The notes below the pieces were generated by a model. The model saw only the letters and a program-made list of their open reading frames with translations, was not told where the DNA came from and did not search any database. Positions 1-14,523 of a stretch of 64,000 nucleotides of DNA are shown piece after piece. Source of the stretch: Spizellomyces punctatus DAOM BR117. Lineage: Eukaryota. Position numbers and translations under genes: made by a program. The DNA lies in the NCBI GenBank assembly GCA_000182565.2, contig KQ257455.1. One strand, given 5' to 3'. The stretch's first letter is position 1. Every line of letters starts with the position of its first letter.

Positions 1-248
1 TCCATAATACCTAAATGGAGCGCAACTACACTATGTACGATAAAGCACCCTGATAAAGTGCAAAAAAAAGAGGTCTATATAAAGTCAATTGTCTAACGTG
101 CGGTGAAAAAACTCTAGTGACGATTGTGGTTTGAAGGGTAAGCGTGATTACAACGACTCTTTGGATCGGTATGCGTTCCATTCTTTGTAGGTTGAGTATG
201 ACTGTCAAAACAAAAGAAATTATAAGTACCACGATTCAGTGGGACATC

Positions 249-984
249 CTAGCGCAACGTCAATGCACTTACCCAGAGCGCTGCTGAAAAGTACCCCGCA
301 ACAATTCCAAATGTCAAACCGGGCAAGCTCTTGCCGTATTTATCCGCAAAACTAGATGAACAGTTTCCCCATCCTTTCTGCCTAAATATCTCGCAAGTTT
401 CTTTGAGAGAGACAGATACGGACGATGCAGCCCAGAACATCAAGGCCATCATTGCAAGGGAGGCTACGCATTCGGCAATTATGTAGGTACGTTTTCGTGA
501 TTGGTAGATAATCAAGCTCCGAGCATTGTAGGCCCCGATAACAATGGCCGCGATCGTACAGAAAACAGATTGGGTGATGGGAAGGGCACAGGAGGATTTG
601 GGTCCTGTGGTGGAGATGTCCATGTTGAGTAGACAGACTATCTCTCCGTTACGTTGTTCCATGCCGTTAACCCCGATGGCAATAGCTAGTGATAGAGCTC
701 CAATCTACAACATCCAAGGATGCAATCAGATGACCAAAGCCGCAACAAAGGAAACCCAACCCATGTTAAGTAGTAACCACAACCATGACACTTACGACGT
801 GACCGGCGTGCAAACCAATGGCTTGCCACATTCTTGTCTTGGTGCTGGTGACAACACGCCATCGTGCACTCCACTCCTCCATGTCCGCGTCCGAGTTACG
901 GTCTTCGGGTCTAGGGTTGAACATTGATGCGGCCTGTTGCTGGGGGGAAGAGGCTTCGTTATCCGTGCCAAATGTGCTGTACAT
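249..984 (-). CDS. Small 4-TM membrane protein (MARVEL-like), 2 exons
   Basis: ATG at 984 (MYSTFG...). A GTAAGT...TGTAG intron joins ...HAGHV to IGALSLAIAIGVNGMEQ... (ORF 249..662). Four hydrophobic segments with paired Cys in the loops. Confidence 0.6.
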
Positions 985-1719
985 TAGGGCCGTTGTGGAA
1001 TGTGTGACTTTGGAGAGGAGGGAGATATATATATAGACGACTTTTGTAGTCAAGAGGTCGTTGAAGTGGGCAAGACGTAACAAAGGAAGAGTGTAAGGAG
1101 CAAATGGCAGGGCGGAGAGAAGGAGTAGGTGAAATCACAATGTCGAAATGAGGCCTTGACGTCTTCCTCCAAAACTTAGATAAAAATTTGGAATAAAAAA
1201 CAAACGCGACCGTTTCACCACATTTTATGGCATATTGAAATGTATGGCAAGTTATGGCAATTTCTCAAATGTGGGTAATGGAAAGCCGCTCTTTTGCTAG
1301 TTGGCCAACGAGTGTATTTGGGAAGCGATCGTCTATTCAAGATGAGGCATGGGGACGAATGTTAAAAGACTCGATTTGGTCGCAAAACATGCCACCTTGA
1401 AAGGAATCGTCAATACGACCGACTTTCAAAAGTACGGTGCATCCCCGACGGGCATCCGCTTTGGGGCATCCCGCAATGGATATCCCCCAATGGATATCCT
1501 CCAAATGGAAGAGCAAAAACGCTCGAGATGCCAGATCTTAATCGTCGTTAAAATCACAGCCAGTTCATGTGACATCTTGGAACCATCTGCATTAAACACA
1601 TTTAAACCATAAAACCGTCTCTCGTCATCGTCCTCGTTAATGACAAATCCATCTGGGTTTGTAAACGCTCCAGCGTCTCTGGCAGTGCCTTTCGAGCAAG
1701 CGAGTGTCGGTCATCCACA

Positions 1720-2472
1720 ATGTCCAGTGGAACTGCAAATCTTGTGCCCGCAGAACATGGAACACCACTATCCTGTCTCCCTCGCGAGATCTTTCTGCTC
1801 ATATTAGATCACACTTCTGTACACGACCTTCTCCACATCCGCGCGGTTTGCCGCTCATGGTGGACGGACGCGTTGCATACCGCGGCCATCAAAATGAACG
1901 CTGCAAAAGCCGATGCGGCCACAATCTCCGACCGTATTTCGGCGCTGGTCTCCACTGACGGAGAGTGGTACGACGAGCCGCTTAAGCGTGCTAGTCTTGT
2001 TTGCAGCGGAGTAAGAATGGTTGGAGACGAAGAGGAGGTACAAGTAGACTATGACAATGCCGATGGGGATCCAAAGATCAGGGCGCCGCAGATCTCGAAT
2101 GTGCGGTTTGTGTTTGGCCCAAAGAAGGGCCACTGGCCTGTATTGGGATATTTTGTCAATTCTGAAGGAAGGATTGAAATCTCAATCAATGGGAAATTGA
2201 CCATCACATTTGAAAACTCAAGTTTTTTATCCGACTCTGTCGTTCAACGCGGGGATGGGTGGTGCATAGCTTGCACCTTGCGCGATCGACCTGACATTGA
2301 ACCGGGTACTGAAAAAGCGGTAGGACTACCATCGTGGTGGACTGGGAGACGTTTTTGGGGCTTACCCAGCGAGGTTTATTACTGTGACATGCAAGTGGAT
2401 GAGCTGGAAGTGAGTCTGGGCTGGATGCTCCGATTGACCAAACCACGAGATGGCAAACGATCTATAGAGTAA
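1720..2472 (+). CDS. F-box domain protein, intronless, 250 aa
   Basis: N-terminal F-box consensus LSCLPREIFLLILDHTSVHDLLHIRAVCRSW. C-terminal region not recognised. Confidence 0.75.
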   Translation: MSSGTANLVPAEHGTPLSCLPREIFLLILDHTSVHDLLHIRAVCRSWWTDALHTAAIKMNAAKADAATISDRISALVSTDGEWYDEPLKRASLVCSGVRMVGDEEEVQVDYDNADGDPKIRAPQISNVRFVFGPKKGHWPVLGYFVNSEGRIEISINGKLTITFENSSFLSDSVVQRGDGWCIACTLRDRPDIEPGTEKAVGLPSWWTGRRFWGLPSEVYYCDMQVDELEVSLGWMLRLTKPRDGKRSIE

Positions 2473-2554
2473 CTTCAGTGGAAACAGAGTTTTTTTTTTC
2501 TTTGCAAAATTGCAACATAACAATATGTACATACAAATATTATCCCAATAATGA

Positions 2555-3803
2555 TCAACTCTTAAACAGACTATTTCCAGAGGGATCCAATTTTAACTTT
2601 CGCTGCATGGAATTGTACCTAACCAAGAAAGATGGTTACGGAAATGATTTCACAACGTCATCACCTAGCGAGCTCACCAATCCTGCACGGCTTTCAAAGG
2701 GATAAACGTTGTGCTCCAATCCATCCCAAAAAGCGCATTACCGCCTAATGGCAAATTTCCAGCAAAACCGCTGCAATGATTGTAGAAATCTAAAGGATAT
2801 TGTGTTAGCACACACATGCAGCGGGTAAGAAAAGCACGCAGCCGGTCCTACTTTCTAGAATCTTTGTTACTAGTTGGGCTGGATCTACACTTTTCATCAG
2901 GGCCCCCGACGTCGCGGATCCCGATGACGATGGTTGCAGTTGACTTACTTGAGCCAACACCACTTCGATTGGCTCAACCGATATTCCCAGCTGAGCGGGT
3001 ATCGTAGCGGCCACACCCGGTGTCACGAGGGTATCATTCATCATCACATCAGATCCGCTAAATGCAGTTGACGCAACAGATTTGCTCCCTCCGAGTTTGA
3101 ATATTGCGGAAGGCTTCTCGTTTGAAAGCATGCCGAGTAGTTGCCATTCAGGACTGCGATTTGGGACTGGCCTATCTTGGTTGTTCACGAGCAATGGTCA
3201 TCGCACATGTAAAGGGGAATTAGAGAAATCGATGCGGGGAAGTATTACCATAAAAAATGCACCGTCGCCGCAAAGCCGGGAGGAAACGGTTGCACGCCTG
3301 TCATAAACACCACTGGAAACAGAGATACAGATACATCATAAAAGAGTAAGCAACACAATCGCACACTCCAAAGGACATGCTGTCTATTACCCACCAATGT
3401 GGTTGATTGTTTGGGGATCATCTAATTGGAAAACATACTGATTGGGATGAACATATGCCGGTGAGCATTCGATCCTCCGATATGACTTGGTCATTTGAGA
3501 AGAAATGTCTGGTATTTCTCACCTTTGTCGAGTCAACTTTTTAGATGTACGAGAAAACGTGAACGTTAGTAACGTATCTTCGGTAACGAGGTGCGTCCTG
3601 CACAATTCCCACAATCTTCCTTTCCAGCATTCTCACGGCTTAAGACCTGGTACATTAAACTCAATCGCACCCCTTGCACATACCTTGTTGCATGTTTGTT
3701 TGGACCTAGGGATCTCACGCGTTAGCAAAAACGATTTGCAAGCCCACCTAGTAGTTTTAGCAATCATACTAACCAACCGTCCAGCTGCAATGCACCCAAA
3801 CAT
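2555..3803 (-). CDS. OPI10: Hikeshi/OPI10 (DUF775) Hsp70 nuclear import factor, multi-exon
   Basis: Spliced [36 protein letters not shown]; also WQLLGMLSNEKPSAIFKL, AQLGISVEP and C-terminal WYNSMQRKLKLDP. Confidence 0.9.
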
Positions 3804-4644
3804 GGTCGTAGACCTTTGTAAGGAAGGAGACTAGGTAAGGGAAGGCTGAACGGGAGTGTCAAGATATGTCTTTAAGACGAGATGCGAATCCGCTGTTATT
3901 TCAACACAGCAGTGGTTGCTTCGAGAAACATCGATTGGGGCCAGGTCCCTGGATCGCCGGTTGGAACCTTATGCTTAGCCACGCGACCGTCCTCTGGATG
4001 AAGACATCACATTTAAGCGTAATCTTGCAAGTCATGCACACCACACCAGCGTAGATTGACTTACGAAGCCTGGAGACAATCAGCCGGGATAAGCAGACTG
4101 ACTATCTAGGTCTACGTACACATGCAGGCCTGATTCCCGAACCTTTTTGGTCAGAGGATGTTTGTATACTAGTAAAGCACAATCATTGATAATACGAGTG
4201 GGGAGAAACAAAGACATTGCATACCTGTAATTGTAGCAGCATAGTTGTAGTAGCGTTAACAGGTCTGTGAATGCTTTACTCATCAGCTGGCCGCAATCCT
4301 TCATGCCGCAAGTGGACACGTTTCCAAGTCTATCTTTCATGATGATCCCATCGCAACAAGTGTGGGTCATTCAGTCGCTGAAATGCAACAAGTACTCGGC
4401 ATTTCCTCATACACGATGATCTTAATGGCCCTCCTCCTACGTTATCTCGCGCATGAAGGCGCATTAATTAGCCACGCTCAAAAGTCGGGCGGCTGCAAGC
4501 TGATAAGAGAGGTCTACATGAATTGTACGTATTTGTTTATTGTCGGAAATCTAGTTGTAGCACCAATTTCAATAACGATTGTATACTATGATGGTATATA
4601 ACCTATCGCGTGCAGCGAGTCGCACGCTAAGAGACCCGCTACAC

Positions 4645-5828
4645 TCAACACATTGACGTGGTGTTAATAACATTCGTAGCGCTAGGTATGTCAGATGCTT
4701 TTCCGTGGTTCGAGCCACTCTTCTGAGAGCTTTTGTTTTTCTGGATGATCTGTGTTTTGACATCGTCATACATCAGAAGCGTATACTTGAGCTGTGAAAA
4801 CATGTGCACAAGTTAGTGTTGATACATTTAACAGTCAGATTCACAATACATACCTTCAATGCATAGCACAATGTTTTAACAGAGACAAAGATACCAGGGG
4901 ACGCGGTAAACATGGTAATGATGTAGATCAAATCCGTGCTATAGATTCAAACAGGGAGTTAGAATACTGTGAATTGCCAGAAGAGATGACCAACGTACCA
5001 GAGGAAGAACAAAACAGACAGCTTGCACTCATTAATGAAGCTGGTAAAGTCCCGAGCCCCGGTCGTTTTCATCAAGTTGTAAATAAGACGGATACCTATA
5101 AACCATGATGAGACGACGTCGGTCACGCCAACATGCAAATGAGACCGGTCAAAAAAGATTTTGTCAACCTTACCCATAAGCACCTCGAGGACAATATAAT
5201 AGAATGCAGTGACGGGACCACTGACAGAAGTGACATCAGGAGAGATCTTTCCTTTGTACAATCCTTGGAATAAGCCCGTATCTATGGAAGATTGTCCAGG
5301 TTAGCTTTTGAGGGTAGATTGACATAAAAGAGATATGATGCATACCAACAGAAAGAACCGCGAATTCCAAGATGAGCAAAAATGGGAATGCAGGATCAAG
5401 GAAGAATGATCGATAGAATAGCATTTTCAATCGATCATAGTGGATCCATCCTGAAAGGTTTACCATCTGTATCGAGTTGTCAATAAGGGATATCATGAAT
5501 TCACGCACTTGCAACCTACCAATATGTACGCAAAACCGTCGAAAAAGTTGAAGGCGACATCTTCAACGTAACCAAAGTTCCAAACTCTGAAACAACATGG
5601 GCATTGTTAGAAGCCCACTACGAATATACCTCGTCCAGACAAAAATTACCTCAAAAACATCCAGGCATGGAAGAACGTTCCCACATTTTGAACCGTCAAA
5701 AGATAGAATAGCGGTGTATTCCAACGCTTAAATGTCGTCATAATCCGACCTTGGTTTTCAAGGCATACTGCAATGACCACGCAGGTGATGCCGAAAACGT
5801 AATCGTTGAGCACTGGCGCATCCGACAT
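4645..5828 (-). CDS. Seven-transmembrane, GPCR-like integral membrane protein, multi-exon
   Basis: Manual splicing of ORF fragments 5646..5828, 5236..5514, 4959..5261 and downstream exons gives 7 hydrophobic helices. YDRL follows TM3, KTLCYALKLKY lies in TM7, and a polar tail ends ...NTTSMC* at 4645. Confidence 0.65.
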
Positions 5829-7535
5829 TGTTGATACTAGGGTTGCAAAATAAACTACTGGAGGGCGTTTTGAGAGGCATTATGGAAACAGTCGACTTTT
5901 AAAGACGCTGGCGGATATGGTGGTTTCTTATTACATGAAAATTGTTTTTGCTATTGTTTTGCCTACGGATTCACGGCTCCGACCAAGGGCTCGCCTTCGA
6001 TCTAACATTTGCTACTCTGGTGGCGATTCAAACCCGGCGAACATATTGTATTTTGAAAACAATGTCAAAACATCGTCAAAGCCGCCTTATATGAGATATC
6101 ATCAGGATTTTGGTATCTTATAGATAATCCGGCCTCCAAGTAGCTCCCATGCCCATGAGGTCTGTTTATGTGATCGTCACCCTCGTTCCCCCAAGGTTTG
6201 TCCCTATTCAGAGCTGGACACTAAATATTTAAGCGAGGATGAATACTTTGGGGGTGGTCTCAGTAAGCATTATCAAACAAATGTGGGCTGTGGACAGTTG
6301 GACATTCTCGTAGAAATCTGGGCATCCTTAAGGGACAAAAGGTTGTAAATCGTCGATTAACATTGTACTAGAAAACCAATGAACGGTTGTTACAACGAGT
6401 ATCAAAAAAGGGACGGTAACATGTTATTTAATTGTTACTTGATTTAGGGCAACCTTCCACAGGTAGGAAGATCCGCATTTTCAACCGGTGTTTTGATGGG
6501 GTTCCCGCAGCCAAAACATATCTCCATTGAATGGAGCAAACGAAAAAAAGGTAACATTGTTAACCATTGCGCGGCGTCTAATCTTGTTGCCTAAGGCCAT
6601 TACCCTCAATTCGGTCCGCGGTAAAGAACAATAGCGGGATGGCCGTAAATAAACGATGTGTACATGGGGGCTAGAGAATTGGATGCATCCCAGCTGCGAC
6701 CCGCAATCATTCACCGTATTGCTGCTGTCCTACCTTGTCGGGGTTATTGCAAAACGGAATGCGCTATCGACGAGATTAAAGGTCCGCAGTAAAACACATC
6801 TAAAACTGTTATGGCAAGGTTTTATAGGACCTGAAAATGGATTATCATATTTTCATACACAGCATGTGGATTTCATCAAAAATATCATAGAACGGAATAC
6901 CTCTATGAGTTTTTAACTTGTCAAGTTAATCGGAACGGATCCTAAACTTCTGGGATTCTGGCGACAAGGCAGTTGAATTACTCTTCTCGTTTCGTTGCCT
7001 TATGCACCCACCCAATAATCAGTGATCAAAATCCGGTTAACGACCCTCATTTTCTTCCTGTAATGCAATTCTTACTACTCTGTCAATACAAGGACCCCAG
7101 AGATATCCTCCACACACTGAAACAGTACTGTGGCATAGCAGTTAACGGAGCGCTCCAGTATACTGAACACATCCTGAGAAGGTTCCCTCAAACCAACCAT
7201 AGTTATATTCTTTCCTTGCCCAAGTGTCGAGTGTATTCAGCAGATTCTGGTGTCATATTTCACATTTACCGCAGGGTTGGGCCTTGTAATCTGGAGTTAG
7301 CAGATTATTGGCATTCTGATCTGGATGCCTCTTGTCACAAGTGATCCGGAATATATGAAACCAGTTGACAGGAGTCCTTCGATGGGCTCGCTAGTTTTCC
7401 GATTAAAACCGGTATGTTTGAGGATTTGATTTTATATTGACAGTTTCCAGCACATTGCAATATCTACAGCACTTTATCCGTCACGGTTGGTCAGGAAGAA
7501 CACAACTACCACAAAATGACAACAAAATCACTACA

Positions 7536-9329
7536 TTACGAATTCAGAGCGTCTCCAATGACTGCGGCCAGAACAAGTAAGCTGCCAATGCTACCAAGAC
7601 TGGCTACAGCACCCGCTTCCAAAAATGCGGGAATTGATACCAAAGCACCAATGCCAATCCTTACCACAAAGGATGACCAATGTCGTTTTGATGATTTTCC
7701 AACATCCAAGAGACCGATCAGCGCCAAACATAGCATTACCACTCCCAATCCAATCGAGAACAATTGAACTTCAGTCCATGAGGATACATTCACTAGTCGT
7801 GAGCTTCCACCAGTCACAGGATTGACCGAAAACAATGACACCGCATACGGCATTGACTGATTCGCTGCAAACTTATTCGACAGGTCTTGGGCCGAACTGC
7901 TCAGATTTTGAGCGGCCTGAGCTCCCGAAACAAATGGCGGGTTTGGCGGTGGGTCGTAACTGAATGTTGGCTGCTCACGTATATACTCGTATACAAGTTT
8001 GAGCATTCCGTGCAACCCGTAAATTGCTATCATTAGAGACACATGGAGGGGGATGTGGAGGTACTCCCAAAAGAAAGAGCGAATGGGGGAAATGTCTCTT
8101 TTCATAGCTTCCGATTGTGCATCTCGTGAATGCCGGGGAATAATCCCAGACCGATTGATGGCTGTCGAGTCCAGCCAGATCCCCCTATGGGAACTGCACA
8201 GAAAATATAATCGTTCCATGGCATACAAAATGCAGAGACCTACAATAGCAGATATAAGACTTCGCGGATATAGTGAAATAGCCGTTAGGCTCGCGGGGAC
8301 GTCGATATAAGGCCTCGTCTCAAAGATGCCGATAACCCCAGCCGCAATCAGTAACGATGTGCATAATCCGATTCTGCTTCGGTGAGAAGCTGTTTCAAAC
8401 ATAACTTCATCGTCGATAGATAGGTGATGCGTATTCACGGCGCCCGTTTCCATACGAGCTTCTGCAATCCCCAGAGCAATCAAGCAGGCTTGATCGAGGA
8501 TCACAGCTAATCCCGATACAATGTCCCAAATTCTTCGATCTTGGTCCCCCAAACCCAAACTAACAGCCCACAAGATGCAAGGGGCAAGAACTGTGGCAGC
8601 TCTTACGGAAACTAACCACCAGCTTCTCGTAGCACACGGTTTTTCATATATTGCCGCGATAATGTGCGTGATTGTATGAGCCGCGCGACCAGCGATGATA
8701 AATACACAAAAGCCTCGCCATGTACCATTCACAATGTTGAAAACCCCTGGTGCGGTGAATGCAGCCCCGAAAAGTATACTGATACGGGCACCCGTGTAAA
8801 TCGTATGGAGCATGTCATCACGGGCGAAATATCGATCGTGTTCGCAGATGAGAAGGATATAAGTTGTGTGCAGAGGCAAGAAGACGAGGATGAAGTGCAA
8901 TAGGCCCAAAGATGTCCGGCCGTGCGACGCAAAGATCAGCAGCGTTCGATAGAGGCAAAGAACATAAAGAGCGTCAGTTATGATGGTCGTTGTCGGTGGT
9001 GGAACCGAGCTGAGAGGAGCACTGGGAGATATGATGCGGGCAAGCGGCGTAGCGCCATTTACACCCGGCCTACTTGCAATGCGCTGACGCAGGTGCAAGT
9101 ATGAAGTAGAGTCGCTGATACCGGAGGGGCTGATTTTACGACCGGTGTGACGACCAATTCGGGAATTGGGCCGTGCGTCCGAATTATGGACGAAATTGGT
9201 GGGTGGACGTTGATCCGATCCTGGAAACCTCTCATTTTCGTCAAGGAGAGCGGTGCGGTAAATACCACCAGCAATATTTGCAGTGTTGCATTGGAGACCT
9301 TGTTCGGTTTCTGGGCAAAGTGGTGACAT
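7536..9329 (-). CDS. Low-temperature-requirement A (LtrA)-like polytopic membrane protein, intronless
   Basis: 597-aa ORF with many TM helices. Motifs RYFARDDMLH, HRSRIGLCT (cf. HxxERxGL) and FWEYLHIPLH resemble the LtrA family. Confidence 0.65.
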   Translation of the reverse strand: MSPLCPETEQGLQCNTANIAGGIYRTALLDENERFPGSDQRPPTNFVHNSDARPNSRIGRHTGRKISPSGISDSTSYLHLRQRIASRPGVNGATPLARIISPSAPLSSVPPPTTTIITDALYVLCLYRTLLIFASHGRTSLGLLHFILVFLPLHTTYILLICEHDRYFARDDMLHTIYTGARISILFGAAFTAPGVFNIVNGTWRGFCVFIIAGRAAHTITHIIAAIYEKPCATRSWWLVSVRAATVLAPCILWAVSLGLGDQDRRIWDIVSGLAVILDQACLIALGIAEARMETGAVNTHHLSIDDEVMFETASHRSRIGLCTSLLIAAGVIGIFETRPYIDVPASLTAISLYPRSLISAIVGLCILYAMERLYFLCSSHRGIWLDSTAINRSGIIPRHSRDAQSEAMKRDISPIRSFFWEYLHIPLHVSLMIAIYGLHGMLKLVYEYIREQPTFSYDPPPNPPFVSGAQAAQNLSSSAQDLSNKFAANQSMPYAVSLFSVNPVTGGSSRLVNVSSWTEVQLFSIGLGVVMLCLALIGLLDVGKSSKRHWSSFVVRIGIGALVSIPAFLEAGAVASLGSIGSLLVLAAVIGDALNS

Positions 9330-10150
9330 CTTTATACTGAGAAAGTATCCTGGAAAGGAACTCTCACCACTCTCTCCTGGTTACAGCTTTTCGCAACCTC
9401 CAATTGAAGGTATTTCGTTTTTAACAATTCGACGATGCGTACTCGCGCCTTCGAAATGTTTGGTGACCCTCAAGGATTTGTTCCACCCAGAAAGCGACGT
9501 TCTGATATACCGAGTAGATCTGTGAAGGACACTGGCGTAGGATCGACAATTGCAGGTAACCCACATAAATGCCTTTCTACATCAAAATCGCCTCTGCATT
9601 ACAAGGATGTCCATGTTGGACATGGAACAGGCAGTGCCAACCTCTTTGTTAAGGTTACTATTTGAATTTAGAAATTCCATAGCGCTCTTGGGTTTATTCT
9701 ATAAAGCTGGGGCCCGGCCTGGTCTATTTACAGCGATGACCCCAGTCGGGCCAACATCAAAACTCGATCCACAGCTAACTGATCTTATATCTCTCTGAAC
9801 ACAGGGTCATATCGTCATCATTGCATGGGGCCTACAAACATGTCACTTTCCAAGGTTATTGCAAGTGTTCAGCGCAGGCGGGTGGTGTGAGCACCTCATA
9901 ACTACCCGGCCAGTACTGTGTGAACCCCAATAATATGGCGATATTGAGAAAATGACTGAAAGCGAATATGAGCACTTATTTATACTAAATAGATGGCAAC
10001 CATCCGCCTGATAGCCATAAAACCTGGACTTGTTTTGAGCACAAAGATACTGGCTAAAGGACAAGCAGGGAGGACTGATCGAGTTTCCATTCAGATCGCG
10101 TTCTGGGTTTCTGGTGATCTCCACTCAGTGTCATTGACCATTCTGGCAAC

Positions 10151-11457
10151 ATGGCAAACACAACAACAGACGGACCAGGCGGCATAACAGTAACAGCATA
10201 CCCACTGCCACCGTCCTATTTTAAGCTGTATACGGATGCAAATGTATCAAGGTTCCCAGAATACCAAGCACACAAAGGAGACAAAGAGCCGCCCCAATCA
10301 CTGAGCGCATCACCTGGCGTTGAAAACCTTAACCAAGAAGACCCACCATCACTTCCCAACGTTGAGTCTCCATTTCTACATCCCCCGATTCCTCTTGAGG
10401 GACCGTATCAGGCATTTGGGGCGACATACAGTGTGAGGGAAATATTCCATTATTGTTTGTTTAATGTTGAGTTCTTACCACAACCGTATTGGCTGTAGAC
10501 AGATGATGCCCTAAAACCTCTCAGTGAAGACGGTGTGAAGCAATTATATCCTGATGGGCCAATAGGTGGGTATTGAGACTTGGCATCCTCCTGCAGGCTC
10601 CGAGCGCATCCGCAACGATCCATGTGGAAACCCTGATGTATAAAATGATCCTGAGATGCGGTTTAGAGTACATGGCTCTTCGCTCACATTGATTCTCTGT
10701 TCTCGTTCTTGCAGATTGGAAGTCAGTGATGAAAAATCTCGTTCGAACCCTTGTCCTCAATCTTACAGAGCTTGCCCAAGTGATGGCAGTCAGAGGTCCT
10801 CTCCAGGTACACACGACAACCAATATATCCTGTGGACTTTACCGCTGAGCCAAACCTTCAATAACTGTCCATAGAGCGGGTACAAACTTGAGCAGATCGA
10901 CCAAATCATGGCCAACATCCACCACCTCATAAACCAGTACCGGTCGCACCAGGTGCGTTTGTCTTGCGGATTGGTCATTCTCACTCGAGATTACTTACAC
11001 GTTGGACAGGTACGCGACACAGTGCGTCTTATGCTGGAAAAGCAAATCAATCGGAGAAGGGAAATGGCCCAGCAAATAAGAAGGTGCGCATAGTCTTGGT
11101 CGGCCTGAAGCTCAGAAAGGAACGGGAGTGGGGGTTAACTATGTATGTTAAATACCAGATGCTGCAATGAAATGCGGGAAGAACTTCAGCAAGCAAAAAA
11201 AGAGGTTCTGAATCCGAATTTAGGGGATGCCATGACTGTCGATGGCGAAGAGGACAATCACATGGGAACAGTGCGTTGTTCGGAGAGTGCATTTTTGCTT
11301 TGTCTTGTGTCTCACATCTCATGGACAGGACCAAATTAACGTATCAGACAACGACAACCTTTTTGAGGCTCTACGTTTACTGCAACCAAGGGATCCTCTC
11401 CAGCGGTATAATGAAACTCAGCAACGCCTCGCCGCCCTTGCTGATTCTATAGAATGA
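10151..11457 (+). CDS. MED7: Mediator subunit Med7, multi-exon
   Basis: AYPLPPSYFKLYT, PPIPLEGPYQAFG and NIHHLINQYRSHQ-VRDTVRLMLEKQ are Med7 signatures. Confidence 0.9.
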
Positions 11458-11595
11458 GACACCCACGACGAGTGCTTGGACCATTATCTTCCTGTAAGAA
11501 GGCTAAAGATATCCTCAAAGGAGATCGTCGCGTTTTTTACATATGTGAATCTATTGTATATACAAGAAGCTTGAGATTATCATTGTACAGGTGAG

Positions 11596-14334
<2,739 letters not shown>

Positions 14335-14523
14335 CCCGACAGCAATCCAAGCGAAACCGTGCAACGAATCGATTTTCTAAAGGCAGATCAGCACTTCACT
14401 TCAGTTTTCGAAGCTGCCAGCTCATGACTCATTCTGTCATTTAACCCAGTTTGGGTCCGTGTTAGCACAGTCAAGATCAGTGAGACCTGACCTTCATTTG
14501 CATTCTACTGCCCTCGATGCTCC

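Noticed and set aside
2790..2802. ATATCCTT on the minus strand resembling a U12 intron donor
   Set aside because: It lies directly before an ordinary TTTAG acceptor of an OPI10 intron.
1204..3990. ACGCGACCGT shared by two promoters (1204 and 3981)
   Set aside because: Shared 10-mers picked out after the fact are expected by chance in 64 kb.
6018..6040. GATTCAAACCC resembling a tRNA T-loop or B-box
   Set aside because: There is no T-stem, A-box or cloverleaf around it.
9330..9566. Upstream ORF in frame with the LtrA-like ORF across a single TAA, suggesting readthrough
   Set aside because: The upstream peptide is not protein-like and TAA is a poor readthrough codon.
10565..10714. Long MED7 intron with CTGA motifs and a CGCATC/GATGCG stem, as a possible C/D snoRNA
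   Set aside because: There is no correctly placed RUGAUGA C box.
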